This document shows positions 19,182 through 28,893 of a DNA stretch of 64,000 bases, piece by piece. The notes under the pieces were generated by a model. That model was not told where the DNA came from and made no database searches. It was given only the letters and a program-made list of their open reading frames with translations. The stretch spans positions 736,001 to 800,000 of the forward strand of contig CAVYRH010000026.1 of NCBI GenBank assembly GCA_963770835.1. Direction: 5' to 3'. The translations under genes were made by a program, and so were the position numbers. Source of the DNA: an uncultured Pseudomonadota bacterium. Its GTDB lineage: Bacteria > Oederibacteriota > Muellerivitia > Muellerivitales > Muellerivitaceae. The stretch's first letter is position 1; the number at the start of each line of letters is the position of its first letter.

Positions 19182-20352
19182 TTACCGGATCGGAAACCCG
19201 GCCCCCCCATAGGGGTTTTGATCCGCGGGAGTGGGGGTGGGAGGAATCGGCGTGGGGGTATCCTGGTTTTCCGGCTGTTTCACCGGCCTTAACCGGACGA
19301 CGGCGTTGTTCTGGATGTCGGTCACGTAGACGCGGTTTTGGGAGTCGCTGGCGACGGCCCGGAAACGGGGGGCGTAGTTGGCGTTGAGGATCTCATCCTT
19401 CGCCCGCCACTCCCCCAAAAACTCGAAGTCCCCGTTGCGGCTGTTGTAAAAAACCACCCTGCCGCTGCCTCCGTCCGCGATGGCCGCGAGCCCGGAAGGC
19501 GTGACGGCCACGCCGGCGGGGTCCTTGAAAACATAAGGCCCGTCATTGCCGTACCAGCCCTGGATGGTCAGGGGCACTCCACCGTCGTTGTAGACCTCCA
19601 TGCGGAAATTGCCGGTATCGGCCACGATGGCCTGGTCAATGCTGTTGAGGGCCATACCCAAAGGCTGGTTCATGACCGCCACCGTGGTGTTGGCGCCGGC
19701 GTCGGTGCCGAAGGAGCCCCAGGTGGTGTTGTAGATGCCCAAGTTGCTGAAGATCTGAACGCGCGAATTGCCCGAATCCAGCACCCAAATATTGCCATAG
19801 TGGTCCTCGGAAAGGGACCGGGGAAGGTTGAATTGGCTGGTGCCGGTGCCCGGGCTTCCCCAGGTGGTCACCACCATGCCGTTCGCGTCCAGCACCACGA
19901 TGCGGCTGTTGAGGCTGTCGGAAACATAGATCTGGTTGTTGGGGTAAACAAAGATTCCGGTTGGATGTTCGAATTGGGGCGGGTTGCGCCAGTCGGATCG
20001 GGTTCCGAAGGACCCGTAGGAGGTTACCGGGTCCCCGGTTGGAATTCCAAACTAGGACGCGGTTGTTGTTCGTGTCCGCGATATAGACCTTGCCGTCCGG
20101 GCCCACCGCGATTCCCTCGGGATCGCTCATTTGGTTCAAGTGGGAGCCCTTGGACCCCCACATGGCGTCGAAGGTGTAGATTTTGGGGCCGTTATAGGAA
20201 ACAGGAGTGGCCGTCGGCGTATTGGTAGGAGTTTCGGTGGGAAGGTGGGTGGGCGTCGGGGAAGGGGTGTGGTGTTTTCTGGCCCAAACGTGGGAGGGGT
20301 TCACGAAAGCAATCAGGAAGAACACCAATATAGGAAGACGGCGGAAATTCAT
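19182..20352 (-). CDS. Secreted NHL-repeat beta-propeller with Thr/Pro linkers, one apparent +1 frameshift (~20037)
   Basis: Repeated P.GIAV..G.VY(I/V)ADT.N.R motifs continue across the frame change; signal peptide. Confidence 0.8.
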
Positions 20353-20372
20353 GAACCAATGCTATCACAGGC

Positions 20373-20480
20373 AATTTTAAGTTTTGAATTCTTAATTGTG
20401 AATTAATGAGATTTTCTTCCAGCGAAAGCGGAAGAACATGGGCCGAAATTTAAAATTCAACATTCCCAATTCAAAATTGA
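20373..20480. repeat. Inverted 7-nt-periodic AT-rich repeat (TTTTAAG/TTTTGAA... / ...TTCAAAA) around a GNRA-capped hairpin
   Basis: Heptamer tracts at 20373-20409 and 20446-20480. Confidence 0.6.
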
Positions 20481-20486
20481 CGTTTT

Positions 20487-20679
20487 AGGCGCACCCATTT
20501 TCTTTTTGAAAATGGGTATTTCTTCGCCTTTTGAGGGCTGCGGCTCAGGCGCCCCCGATTTTCTTTATACATTCTTGAAAATTGGGGACTTCTTCGGCTT
20601 TTGAAAATGCGCCTCAGGCGTCCTTTTTCCCCTTTGGGAAAAAGGATTTCTTCGCCTTTTGAAAACTGAGGCTCAGGCC
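20487..20679. repeat. Three-unit array: ~33-nt conserved block alternating with variable hairpins
   Basis: Blocks (T/C)TTCTTCG(C/G)CTTTTGA-N8/9-CTCAGGC at 20519-20551, 20589-20620 and 20647-20679. Confidence 0.8.
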
Positions 20680-21152
20680 CCTTCCATGCGGCTCTGGCAA
20701 CTGATGCAGCGGGTGGCCCAGGGAATGGCCTTCAACCGGGTCATGGGGATGGATTTCTCGCAGACCTCGCAGGAGCCGTAGATGCCGCTTTCAATGTGGG
20801 AAATGGCCTTCTCGATGCGATCCAGTTCGATCCGGTCGTTTTCCATCAAAGTCACCGACAGGTGTTGGTTCAGTTCCCCCGACCCGTGGTCGGCCATGTC
20901 GCCCGGGATGTTTTGGTTGTCGGCGATCTCTTCCCTTAAGTCCTGCTCCAGATGGTTCACTTGGCCGGTGATCTCGTTGCGGCGGTGCTGGAGTTTTTCC
21001 AGGAGGGGTTGGAAAGCGGGATCGATGCGGGCTTTTTTCTTGGGAGCCTTGACGATCATGATTGGCTTGGAAGATTTGGGGGCGGACTTTTTCGCGGACT
21101 TAGGCGTTGCTTTTTTCGCGGGTTTTTTTTTCTTGAGTTTCTTGGGAGCCAT
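20673..21152 (-). CDS. TraR/DksA C4-type zinc-finger protein with Lys-rich N-terminus
   Basis: GDMADHG coiled-coil tip; YGSCEVC...RLKAIPWATRCISC; GGAGG RBS. Confidence 0.9.
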   Translation of the reverse strand: MAPKKLKKKKPAKKATPKSAKKSAPKSSKPIMIVKAPKKKARIDPAFQPLLEKLQHRRNEITGQVNHLEQDLREEIADNQNIPGDMADHGSGELNQHLSVTLMENDRIELDRIEKAISHIESGIYGSCEVCEKSIPMTRLKAIPWATRCISCQSRMEGA

Positions 21153-21364
21153 GGATTCCTCCAAACAAAATGGGTTCGTTAGGAACGGGATACCGTTCAG
21201 GGGCGTTGAAAAGGATAGAAGATTATGGAGGGGCCAAAAACTGTCAAGAATAAAGGGGGCATTCCGCCTGAGGAAAACCGGGGTGAAATGTCCCTGTCGC
21301 GGTCCCGGGAATCATCCTATACTTATCCCGCCGCCGCCGGTTATCAACTTAAAAAGGGGTTGCC

Positions 21365-21932
21365 ATGGCCGCCATTGGGGTTGTTATGGTTTTGTTCATC
21401 CTCGGAATCGCACTCTTGATCGTTCTTTACCTGGTTTCGGTCTACAACCAGCTGGTCCGTTACCGCGTGGAAGTGGACAATTCCTGGAGCCAGATCGACG
21501 TCCAACTGAAACGCCGCCACGACCTCATCCCCAACCTGGTGGAAACGGTCAAGGGCGTCATGGATTTCGAGAAAAACACCCTCACCCAGGTCATGCAGGC
21601 CCGGGCCTGCGGCCATGGGCGCCACCAACATGAACGACCGCCTGAAGGCCGAAAACGACATCACCCGGGGTCTGGGACGGCTTTTGGCCGTTTGGGAAAA
21701 CTACCCCGCCCTCAAATCCAACGAGAACGCCGCCCAGCTGCAGGAAGAACTGACCTCCACCGAGAACAAGATCGCCTACGTGCGGGGGCATTACAACGAC
21801 GTGGTGGCCAACTTCAATGCCATCACCCAGCAATTTCCCTCCAACCTGGTGGCGGGGCCCTTCGGGTTCACGCAAAGGGAATTCCTGAAGGCCGCCGAGG
21901 CGGAAAAAGAAGCGCCGCAAGTCAAATTCTAA
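21365..21932 (+). CDS. lemA: LemA family protein, one apparent +1 frameshift (~21608)
   Basis: YNQLV...[24 protein letters not shown], then ENYPALKSN...TENKIA...YND...FPSN in the next frame. Confidence 0.9.
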
Positions 21933-21937
21933 GATTG

Positions 21938-22072
21938 GTCCGCGAATTTGCCCGAATTAATGTAAATAGATCCGGTTTTTGAATTTTAAAATGCAAACCA
22001 AGTACCGGACATCGAAGTTTCTTGGATTTATTCTTTTAGGTTTTCCGCGCAAATTTGCGCCGATTTGCGGCC
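21938..22072. repeat. Degenerate inverted 9-nt-periodic repeat (CCGCGAATTTGCCCGAATT / AATTTGCGCCGATTTGCGG)
   Basis: Facing arms with an AT-rich core. Confidence 0.55.
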
Positions 22073-22090
22073 ATTATTTTTGAGGTGTAA

Positions 22091-23770
22091 ATGTTCTACG
22101 CCCTTCCCGCTGAGACGGTCTTCGAGGCCAAGGCGAGGACCCGCCGGGCCACCTTTTACCTTTTTCTCCTGCTCGTAGCACTTTATGTCTTCTTCGTGGA
22201 CCTTTTTGTCCTCACCCTCTATTTCTTCAGCCATTTTCGGGTCCATGTGGGCTCCTCTGAGATTCTGCCCGTCATCCTCTTGACCTCGCTGGGCGCGGGG
22301 GCCCTAGCGGCGGCCCATTTTTTCCATGTTCGCTCCAAGTCCCTCGACGACATGCTGGCCCCGATCGGGGCCAAACCCGCGGACGAAAAGGACGCCTATC
22401 ACCGCGAGTTCATCAACCTGGTGGGGGAAGCGGAGGCGGCCACCGGCATCCGGGGTATCCGGGCGGTGGTGATCGCCACCCCGGGGTGCAACGCCTTTTC
22501 CCTCCTGGACGGAAAGGGCCAGGCGGCCATCGGGGCCACCGAGGGGCTCCTTTCCAAGCTGGACCGCTCCGAGCTTTCGGCGGTCGTGGCCCATGAGGCC
22601 GCCCATTTGGTCCAGGAAGACTCGAGGCTGGTAGGCACCGCCTGTTTTCTCTTCGCCATCTTCGGCCAGGTCAACGCGGCCCTGGGCGGCACCTTGAGGG
22701 TGTCTACCTATAGCTCCTATGACCGGCGGTCTTCCTCGCGCGGCGGGGGCCTGTCCGGGGTCCTCTTGATCCTTTGGCTGATTTCCGGGCTGGGCTACCT
22801 GGTCACCCGGCTGATTTCCATGGCCATCTCGCGGGAAAGGGAATACCTGGCCGACGCCGACGGCGTTTCCATATGCAAGGACCCCTTCGCCCTAGCCGAG
22901 GGCCTGGACAAGATTTCCCGCCGCTGGCGTGGGAACATCGCGGATACCTACGCGGCGCTTTTTATCCTCAACCCCTCTGAATCGAACATGGACGAACAGG
23001 AAGGTTTTTTTTCCGACCTCTTCAGCAACCACCCGCCGGTTTCCAAGAGGCTATCCAAGCTCCTCACCTGGGCCAAGTCGGACCTGATCGCATTGCGAGA
23101 AGCGGAGGATATGGAAGATAAAACCGGGGTGCCCCAGGCTTCCCCGGCCCCGGGGGCGGCTCCCCCCCTCGCTACTTTCATGGCCTACCAAAACAACCAA
23201 TGGGCGGGGCCCTATTCCCCGGCCCAATTGCTGGCCATGGGCTTCATGGCGCCGACCACCTGGGTTTGCCCCGCTGGAAGCCAGGAGGTTTCCCGGGCTT
23301 CCGACCTTCCGGAGCTTCTCCCCCTTTTCCAGCAACAGGTCCAGGGCTCGGTGTCCAACGACCCCTGCCCCCGCTGCAAGGTGCCCTTGGTTAAGGTCCA
23401 ATACGAGGGGGCGGAAGCGGAACAATGCACCTTCTGCAAGGGCTACCTGCTGGGCTCGGGGGTATTGGAGCGCATGATCGCCCGGGACGAAGTGGCTTTT
23501 TCGCCCGAGGAAATCAAGAAAGTGAAGGTTTGGCGGGATTCCCAGCGCGGCCCCTTGAAGGACCGGGACCATTTTCCCGAGATCAAATGCCCCTATTGCC
23601 AAAGCCCCATGTGCAAGGGCATCCATTCCATGTTGACCCAAGTGGTCATCAACCATTGTTCCAACGGCGCCTGCGGCGCCATCTGGTGCGACGGCGGGGA
23701 ATTGGAAACCATCCAAATGATCATCCAGGACGCCCATGCCGTCCCGGCCGCCGGCAGCCTGGCCTCTTGA
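22091..23770 (+). CDS. HtpX-like M48 Zn metalloprotease with C-terminal GYF-like and two zinc-ribbon (zf-TFIIB-like) domains
   Basis: NAF, HEAAH, REREYLADA, HPP...RL; then WAGPYS...WVCP; CPRC..CTFC and CPYC..C...CGAIW. Confidence 0.8.
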   Translation: MFYALPAETVFEAKARTRRATFYLFLLLVALYVFFVDLFVLTLYFFSHFRVHVGSSEILPVILLTSLGAGALAAAHFFHVRSKSLDDMLAPIGAKPADEKDAYHREFINLVGEAEAATGIRGIRAVVIATPGCNAFSLLDGKGQAAIGATEGLLSKLDRSELSAVVAHEAAHLVQEDSRLVGTACFLFAIFGQVNAALGGTLRVSTYSSYDRRSSSRGGGLSGVLLILWLISGLGYLVTRLISMAISREREYLADADGVSICKDPFALAEGLDKISRRWRGNIADTYAALFILNPSESNMDEQEGFFSDLFSNHPPVSKRLSKLLTWAKSDLIALREAEDMEDKTGVPQASPAPGAAPPLATFMAYQNNQWAGPYSPAQLLAMGFMAPTTWVCPAGSQEVSRASDLPELLPLFQQQVQGSVSNDPCPRCKVPLVKVQYEGAEAEQCTFCKGYLLGSGVLERMIARDEVAFSPEEIKKVKVWRDSQRGPLKDRDHFPEIKCPYCQSPMCKGIHSMLTQVVINHCSNGACGAIWCDGGELETIQMIIQDAHAVPAAGSLAS

Positions 23771-23980
23771 TTTTAGAATTTCTCTTTAAAATAACTCTCG
23801 AACCATATATGGGGTAGAAACCCAGCGGGGCCTACCAGGGGCATTATTTTCACTGTTTTTACGGACCCCCAAGTAGCCTGTTTGCGGGAAAAAGGTATAA
23901 TTTGGCAACTTAATTTATAAATCGTTGAAGCTAAGCCGATATAAACCAACACCTTTCAACACCAATGGAGCTGCCGTACC

Positions 23981-26900
23981 GTGTGCCGATTAAAAATCTC
24001 ATATTATTCAGCCGCTGCCGCGCTGACCGCCTTTTTCTTCCTCGGGGTTTCGCCGCTTTTCGCCCAGATCACCCTCACCAAAACCGTCAATGTCACCAGC
24101 GCCGCTCCCGGCAATCCCATCACCTATATCCTTAATTACGCCAACGCCAGCGCCCCCACGACTTGTTCGGACAGTTTCGAGGGGGACACCCTTGGCGTGA
24201 TCCCTCCGGGTTGGACCGAAAACCTGGCCGACTGGACGGTGGTCAGTGACACCACCGACGCCCCGGAAACCCAGGCGGCCCAAGGTGCGGCCCCCAACGG
24301 GCAATATCCCCTCCTCCTCAACAGCTGCGCGGGACAGGTGGGGGACGGGTATATCCAAACGGACATGAAGATCACCACCGCCGGGAACACGGGGGTCCTC
24401 CTTTGGCGTTTCAGCGGCACCAACACCCCCACTTTTGTGAACGGCTCCAACTACCAGGCCCTGATCACCACCGGAACGGCCAACAACGTCTCGGTGAATT
24501 ATTACGACAACGGGGGCACGGGTTTCCATAACGTGGCCACGGGAAACGCCACTATCACGGCCGGGGTCTGGGCCATTATCCTCTTCCAGGTGACGGGCAC
24601 CGGGTCGGGGACGGTCACCCTTTCCCTCTCGGTCAACGGCACCCAGGTCATCGCTCCCACGACGACGACCTTCAATATCGGCTCGGGCCAGGCGGGCATC
24701 CAAGCCAACAGCGGGTCGACGGTGAGGTTCGACAAAGTCTCCATCGTCAAATTCACCCAGACCTACAACGTCACGGTTTCCGACACCCTTCCGACCGGGT
24801 TGACTTACGTTTCTTCCACCGGCGCACCCTTCGTCAGCGGCCAAAACGTGGTTTGGAACCTGGGGAACCTGGCCAACAACGCCTCCGGCGCCTTGACCGT
24901 CACGGGCACCGCCAATACCTGTGGCACAACCCTTATTAATACGGGGGAAGCGGACAGCGGTCTTCCCCAAGCCGGCGTGGTTTCGGCCCCGGTTTCCACG
25001 ACGCTTTCGGCCTGTTCGGCCACCCCCACTTCCACCCCCACCCGGACGCCCACCCAAACCCCCAGCCCGACGCCCACCAACACCGCGACTTTCACCCTCA
25101 CGAATACGGCCACCTCCACCGCCACGGATACGGCCACGCTGACGCCCACCGACACCTCCACCCAAACACCCACCGCCACCGTAACTTTCACACCCACGAA
25201 AACAACCACCTTTACCCCGACGAATACGCCAACGTTGACGCCGACAAACACGGCTACGTTGACGGCCACTCTCACGCCCACCAGCACGACCACGAATACT
25301 CCTACCCTTTCATCGACCGCCACCGCCACCCTCACCGCGACGAATACACCGACGGCTACGACGTCAAGCACCCCTACGGGTACGGCAACTTCGAGCCCCA
25401 CTTCGACCCCGACGAGTACCTTCACCCTGACAGCGACCAACACCGCGACAGGCAGCGCCACGAACACGCCGACGAATACGCCCACCAACACGGCGACGGG
25501 TACACTCACTTCCACGGCTACCCAGACCCCTACCAATACCGCCACAGATACCGCTACGAATACGCCGACGAACACGACTTCCAATACCCCTACTGCTACG
25601 GCCACAAAAACACCCACCCAAACGACCACGGATACTCCTACCTCTACGGCCACTTCCACGCCGACTTCGACCGCCACCAATACCTTTGCGGATACGGCCA
25701 CCCAAACCCCCACCAGCACCTCGACTTCCACTGCAACCTCCACCGCCAGCGCCACCCCGACGGCCACCGCCACGAACACGCCCAGCTTGACCGCCACCTT
25801 CACCCCAACTTCAACGGCGACCCCTAGCCCGACTTCAACGCCGACCCTGACAGCGACCCTGAGCCCCACCCTAACGCCCAGCTCCACACCCACTCAAACG
25901 ACGACGGTCACACCCAGTTCCACCCCGACGAATACCTTCGCGAACACGGCCACGAACACCCCGAGCGGTACACCTACCCCGACGCCTAGCTTGACCGCCA
26001 CCTCCACCTCGACCTTGACGGCCACCTTAAGCCCGACCTCAACGCCCAGCTCCACAACCACTCAAACGACGACGGCCACGCCCAGTTCCACCCTGACGAA
26101 TACCTTCGCGGATACGGCCACGAACACCCCGACCGGTACGCCTACCCCGACGCCCACCCTGACCGCCACCTCCACCCCGACTTTGTCGGCGACCCTAACC
26201 CCGACCTCAACGCCGACCGGCACCGCCTCCCGGACGGCCACTTTCACGGCCACTTCCACGCCCACTCAAACAACGACGGCCACGCCCAGTTTTACTCCCA
26301 CGAATACCTTCGCCGATACCGCGACCCGGACCCCGACTAACACGCCTACCTCCACCGCCACATCGACGCCTTCCAGTACCATCACGGCCACCCCGTCAAA
26401 GAGCCCCACGGCCACACCCACCGGGACGAAGGCTTCCACGCCTACGGCTACCGCCAGCTTCACGGTCACGCATACGCTCACGGCGACGCCTTCTAAGACC
26501 CTGACTGGCACCCCCACGCCCACCGCCACCCGGACGCCCACCGGAACTATGACGTCCACCCCGCTCAATACGTTGACGGCTACGCCATCAAGTACTCCCA
26601 CGGGTACCGCCACGAATACCCCCACTTGGACCCCGACCGCGTCGCCGACTTTCACGCAAACGGGCACGATCACCCCGCCCTTTACCGCCTCTTGCGCCTC
26701 CGAATCGGTCAGCATCTTCAATTCCCAGGGCGAATGGGTCGCGACCCTTTGCGGCCGGTTGTCTCCTCCAGCGCCCCAAGAACTGAACCTGACGGTTTCC
26801 ACCTTCGTTCCCAACCCCTCGGGACCCGGCGGCACCCTCACGCTTTTCCTCGACGGCCAGGTGATGGCGGTTTGGGACGCCACGGACAAGGGGGGGAATG

Positions 26901-27298
26901 TAGTGCCCAATGGTTTCTACCACCTCATCATCACCCAGGCCTTCACCGACGGGACCCAGGTGGTCCTCAACCGGGGCGTCTATGTGGGCCCCTATTCCCA
27001 GGCCACCCGGGTGCAGATGGTGGTGGAGCCCAACCTCATCCATTCGGAAGGCACCGTCCAAATATCGGCGGTGGTGGAAGGAAACCCCGTGCAGGGCGCC
27101 GGGGCCATCCGGATTTACGCCTTGAACGGGGAACTCTTGCGGAGCTTGGGCGCCGTCAATGGGCAAGCCACGTGGGATTTGACGAACCGGGAGGGGCAGC
27201 CGGTGGCGTCCGGGATTTACCTGATTGCGCTCAACGTGATGGACCCTAAAACGGGCAGCCCCGCCAACAAAATCGCCAAGGTGTTGGTTTTAAGGTAA
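23981..27298 (+). CDS. Large secreted protein: DUF11-like and lectin-like N-domains, ~550-aa Thr-x stalk, two FlgD-Ig/T9SS-CTD-like domains
   Basis: Signal peptide; LTKTV...PG..ITY; VSDTLP.GLTYVS; WDATDKGGNVVPNGFY; WDLTNREGQPVASGIY...KVLVLR. Confidence 0.85.
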   Translation: MCRLKISYYSAAAALTAFFFLGVSPLFAQITLTKTVNVTSAAPGNPITYILNYANASAPTTCSDSFEGDTLGVIPPGWTENLADWTVVSDTTDAPETQAAQGAAPNGQYPLLLNSCAGQVGDGYIQTDMKITTAGNTGVLLWRFSGTNTPTFVNGSNYQALITTGTANNVSVNYYDNGGTGFHNVATGNATITAGVWAIILFQVTGTGSGTVTLSLSVNGTQVIAPTTTTFNIGSGQAGIQANSGSTVRFDKVSIVKFTQTYNVTVSDTLPTGLTYVSSTGAPFVSGQNVVWNLGNLANNASGALTVTGTANTCGTTLINTGEADSGLPQAGVVSAPVSTTLSACSATPTSTPTRTPTQTPSPTPTNTATFTLTNTATSTATDTATLTPTDTSTQTPTATVTFTPTKTTTFTPTNTPTLTPTNTATLTATLTPTSTTTNTPTLSSTATATLTATNTPTATTSSTPTGTATSSPTSTPTSTFTLTATNTATGSATNTPTNTPTNTATGTLTSTATQTPTNTATDTATNTPTNTTSNTPTATATKTPTQTTTDTPTSTATSTPTSTATNTFADTATQTPTSTSTSTATSTASATPTATATNTPSLTATFTPTSTATPSPTSTPTLTATLSPTLTPSSTPTQTTTVTPSSTPTNTFANTATNTPSGTPTPTPSLTATSTSTLTATLSPTSTPSSTTTQTTTATPSSTLTNTFADTATNTPTGTPTPTPTLTATSTPTLSATLTPTSTPTGTASRTATFTATSTPTQTTTATPSFTPTNTFADTATRTPTNTPTSTATSTPSSTITATPSKSPTATPTGTKASTPTATASFTVTHTLTATPSKTLTGTPTPTATRTPTGTMTSTPLNTLTATPSSTPTGTATNTPTWTPTASPTFTQTGTITPPFTASCASESVSIFNSQGEWVATLCGRLSPPAPQELNLTVSTFVPNPSGPGGTLTLFLDGQVMAVWDATDKGGNVVPNGFYHLIITQAFTDGTQVVLNRGVYVGPYSQATRVQMVVEPNLIHSEGTVQISAVVEGNPVQGAGAIRIYALNGELLRSLGAVNGQATWDLTNREGQPVASGIYLIALNVMDPKTGSPANKIAKVLVLR
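25020..26680 (+). repeat. Coding low-complexity Thr-x dipeptide repeat with higher-order units
   Basis: TNTFA(D/N)TAT recurs at 25676, 25928, 26096 and 26300. Confidence 0.9.
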
Positions 27299-27351
27299 CG
27301 CATCATTAACAATTTGCCCGGCCTGTCGTCATCCATTACCATGCTTTCACC

Positions 27352-28398
27352 ATGGAAATTGTCCTTCTGCGGCTGGACCGCATCGGCGACTTCATCCTGG
27401 GTATTCCCGCCTACCGGGCCTTAAGGAATACCCATCCGGACGCCCATATTTCCGTGGTGGTCCCCTCACCGGTGGCCGAACTGGCCAAGGTCTGCCCCTT
27501 CTTCGATGACGTTTACATCTTCGACGCCCTCTGGCTTTTGCCGGACTACGCGCCCCTGGACCGGTGGAAATCGGCCTGGCATTTGGTGAAGTTCCTCCGT
27601 TCCAAACCCATCGACCTTCTTTTGGATTTCCGGTACCAGAACCGCCTGGATCCGCTGGTGGCGGGCCTTTCGGGCGCCAAGCAAAGGGTGGGTTTCAACC
27701 TGGGTTGGGTCAGCCGGTTTTTAACGAAAAAAGCCGCCCCGCCGGCGGCGGAACTGCACCAAGTGGACCGCAACCTCCAGTTATTGCAGGTTCTCGGGAT
27801 TACCACGGCCGACCGGAAACTCGAAATGTGGTTCGACGAACACGACCACAAAACGGGGGAAAACCAACTGCCGGCCCAGGAACTTTTACCCGGCCTTCCC
27901 CGCATCGCGGTGCATATCGGGGCGGCCACGCCCTCCAAGCGGTGGCGGGAAGAGAGCTTCGAGGTGCTGATCCACGAACTGCACGCCAATACCCAGGCCG
28001 ATATCGTGGTCATGGGAGGAGAGGGGGACTTGGGGTTCTCCCAAGAGGTGGTGGACGGCTTGGAATGCCCCATCGTCAACCTGGTCGGGAAACTTTCCCT
28101 GCGGCAGATGGCGGCTTTAATGAAGGATTGCAAAGTCTTCATCGGCTGCGATTCCGGGGCCACCCACCTGGCGGCGGCCTGCGGTGTGCCGGTGGTCTGC
28201 CTTTTCTCGGGGGCCAATGAAGTGGAAGTTTGGAAGCCCTGGGGGCCGAAGGTGAAGGTGCTGACCCAGCACCCGTCTTGTTCCCCCTGCAAGAGCCACG
28301 ATTGCCTGAGGACCGACGGTTATTTCTGCATGGCGGAAATCAAGCCGGAGGACGTGATCGCCGAAGTAAAGGCGATTTTATTAGAGGAACTTCACTAG
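27352..28398 (+). CDS. Glycosyltransferase family 9 (heptosyltransferase-like)
   Basis: RLDRIGDF, HIGA..KRW, NLVGKLSL, IGCDSGATHLAAA. Confidence 0.9.
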   Translation: MEIVLLRLDRIGDFILGIPAYRALRNTHPDAHISVVVPSPVAELAKVCPFFDDVYIFDALWLLPDYAPLDRWKSAWHLVKFLRSKPIDLLLDFRYQNRLDPLVAGLSGAKQRVGFNLGWVSRFLTKKAAPPAAELHQVDRNLQLLQVLGITTADRKLEMWFDEHDHKTGENQLPAQELLPGLPRIAVHIGAATPSKRWREESFEVLIHELHANTQADIVVMGGEGDLGFSQEVVDGLECPIVNLVGKLSLRQMAALMKDCKVFIGCDSGATHLAAACGVPVVCLFSGANEVEVWKPWGPKVKVLTQHPSCSPCKSHDCLRTDGYFCMAEIKPEDVIAEVKAILLEELH

Positions 28399-28472
28399 GA
28401 TAAACCGGTTGGTGGTTGCCGCCGAACGAAGGTTGAATTTCTTTAACTGACTTTATTTCCAGGGAGGGAAGT

Positions 28473-28889
28473 ATGAAGAAGTCTTATAAAATTATCTGGG
28501 GGCTCCTGACGCCCGCGCCCATCGTCATGATCGCCGCCGGCGTCCTGTGTTTTTTGTTCGCGATTTTAAAAAACCTTCCCGAGAAGGGAGTGACCGCCGC
28601 TCCCCAAATGCCAGAGCAGTTAATTGGGGGTCTGCTGATTTTTTACGGCCTCCTCCTCCTTGGAATTTTTTTGGGCTTCTTCATCCACATTTCATATTTC
28701 ATCCACCTGATCCGCAAGGACGACATGAACAAGGACATGAAAACGCTGTGGGTGGTCCTCTTCCTGGTCTTAAACATCATCGCCAATATCGTTTATTGGT
28801 TCATGGTGGTCTTGCCGGAGCCGGAATCCACTTCCCAACCGGAAATACCCGAAGACGTCCCCGTCAAAAGAACCCGAAAGAAGAAGTAA
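28473..28889 (+). CDS. Hypothetical membrane protein
   Basis: Three TM segments; K..W...L PLDc_N-like motif. Confidence 0.55.
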   Translation: MKKSYKIIWGLLTPAPIVMIAAGVLCFLFAILKNLPEKGVTAAPQMPEQLIGGLLIFYGLLLLGIFLGFFIHISYFIHLIRKDDMNKDMKTLWVVLFLVLNIIANIVYWFMVVLPEPESTSQPEIPEDVPVKRTRKKK

Positions 28890-28893
28890 GACT

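Noticed and set aside
20487..20679. CRISPR array
   Set aside because: Only three imperfect repeats; the spacers are palindromic and resemble each other; no cas genes or leader. Kept as a non-CRISPR finding.
17720..21610. Programmed frameshifting or true pseudogenes
   Set aside because: No slippery sites; all lesions are clustered +1 insertions with intact motifs, which better fits sequencing error.
24805..26910. Long Val/Gly/Ala-rich minus-strand ORFs
   Set aside because: Antisense shadows of the Thr-x coding repeat.
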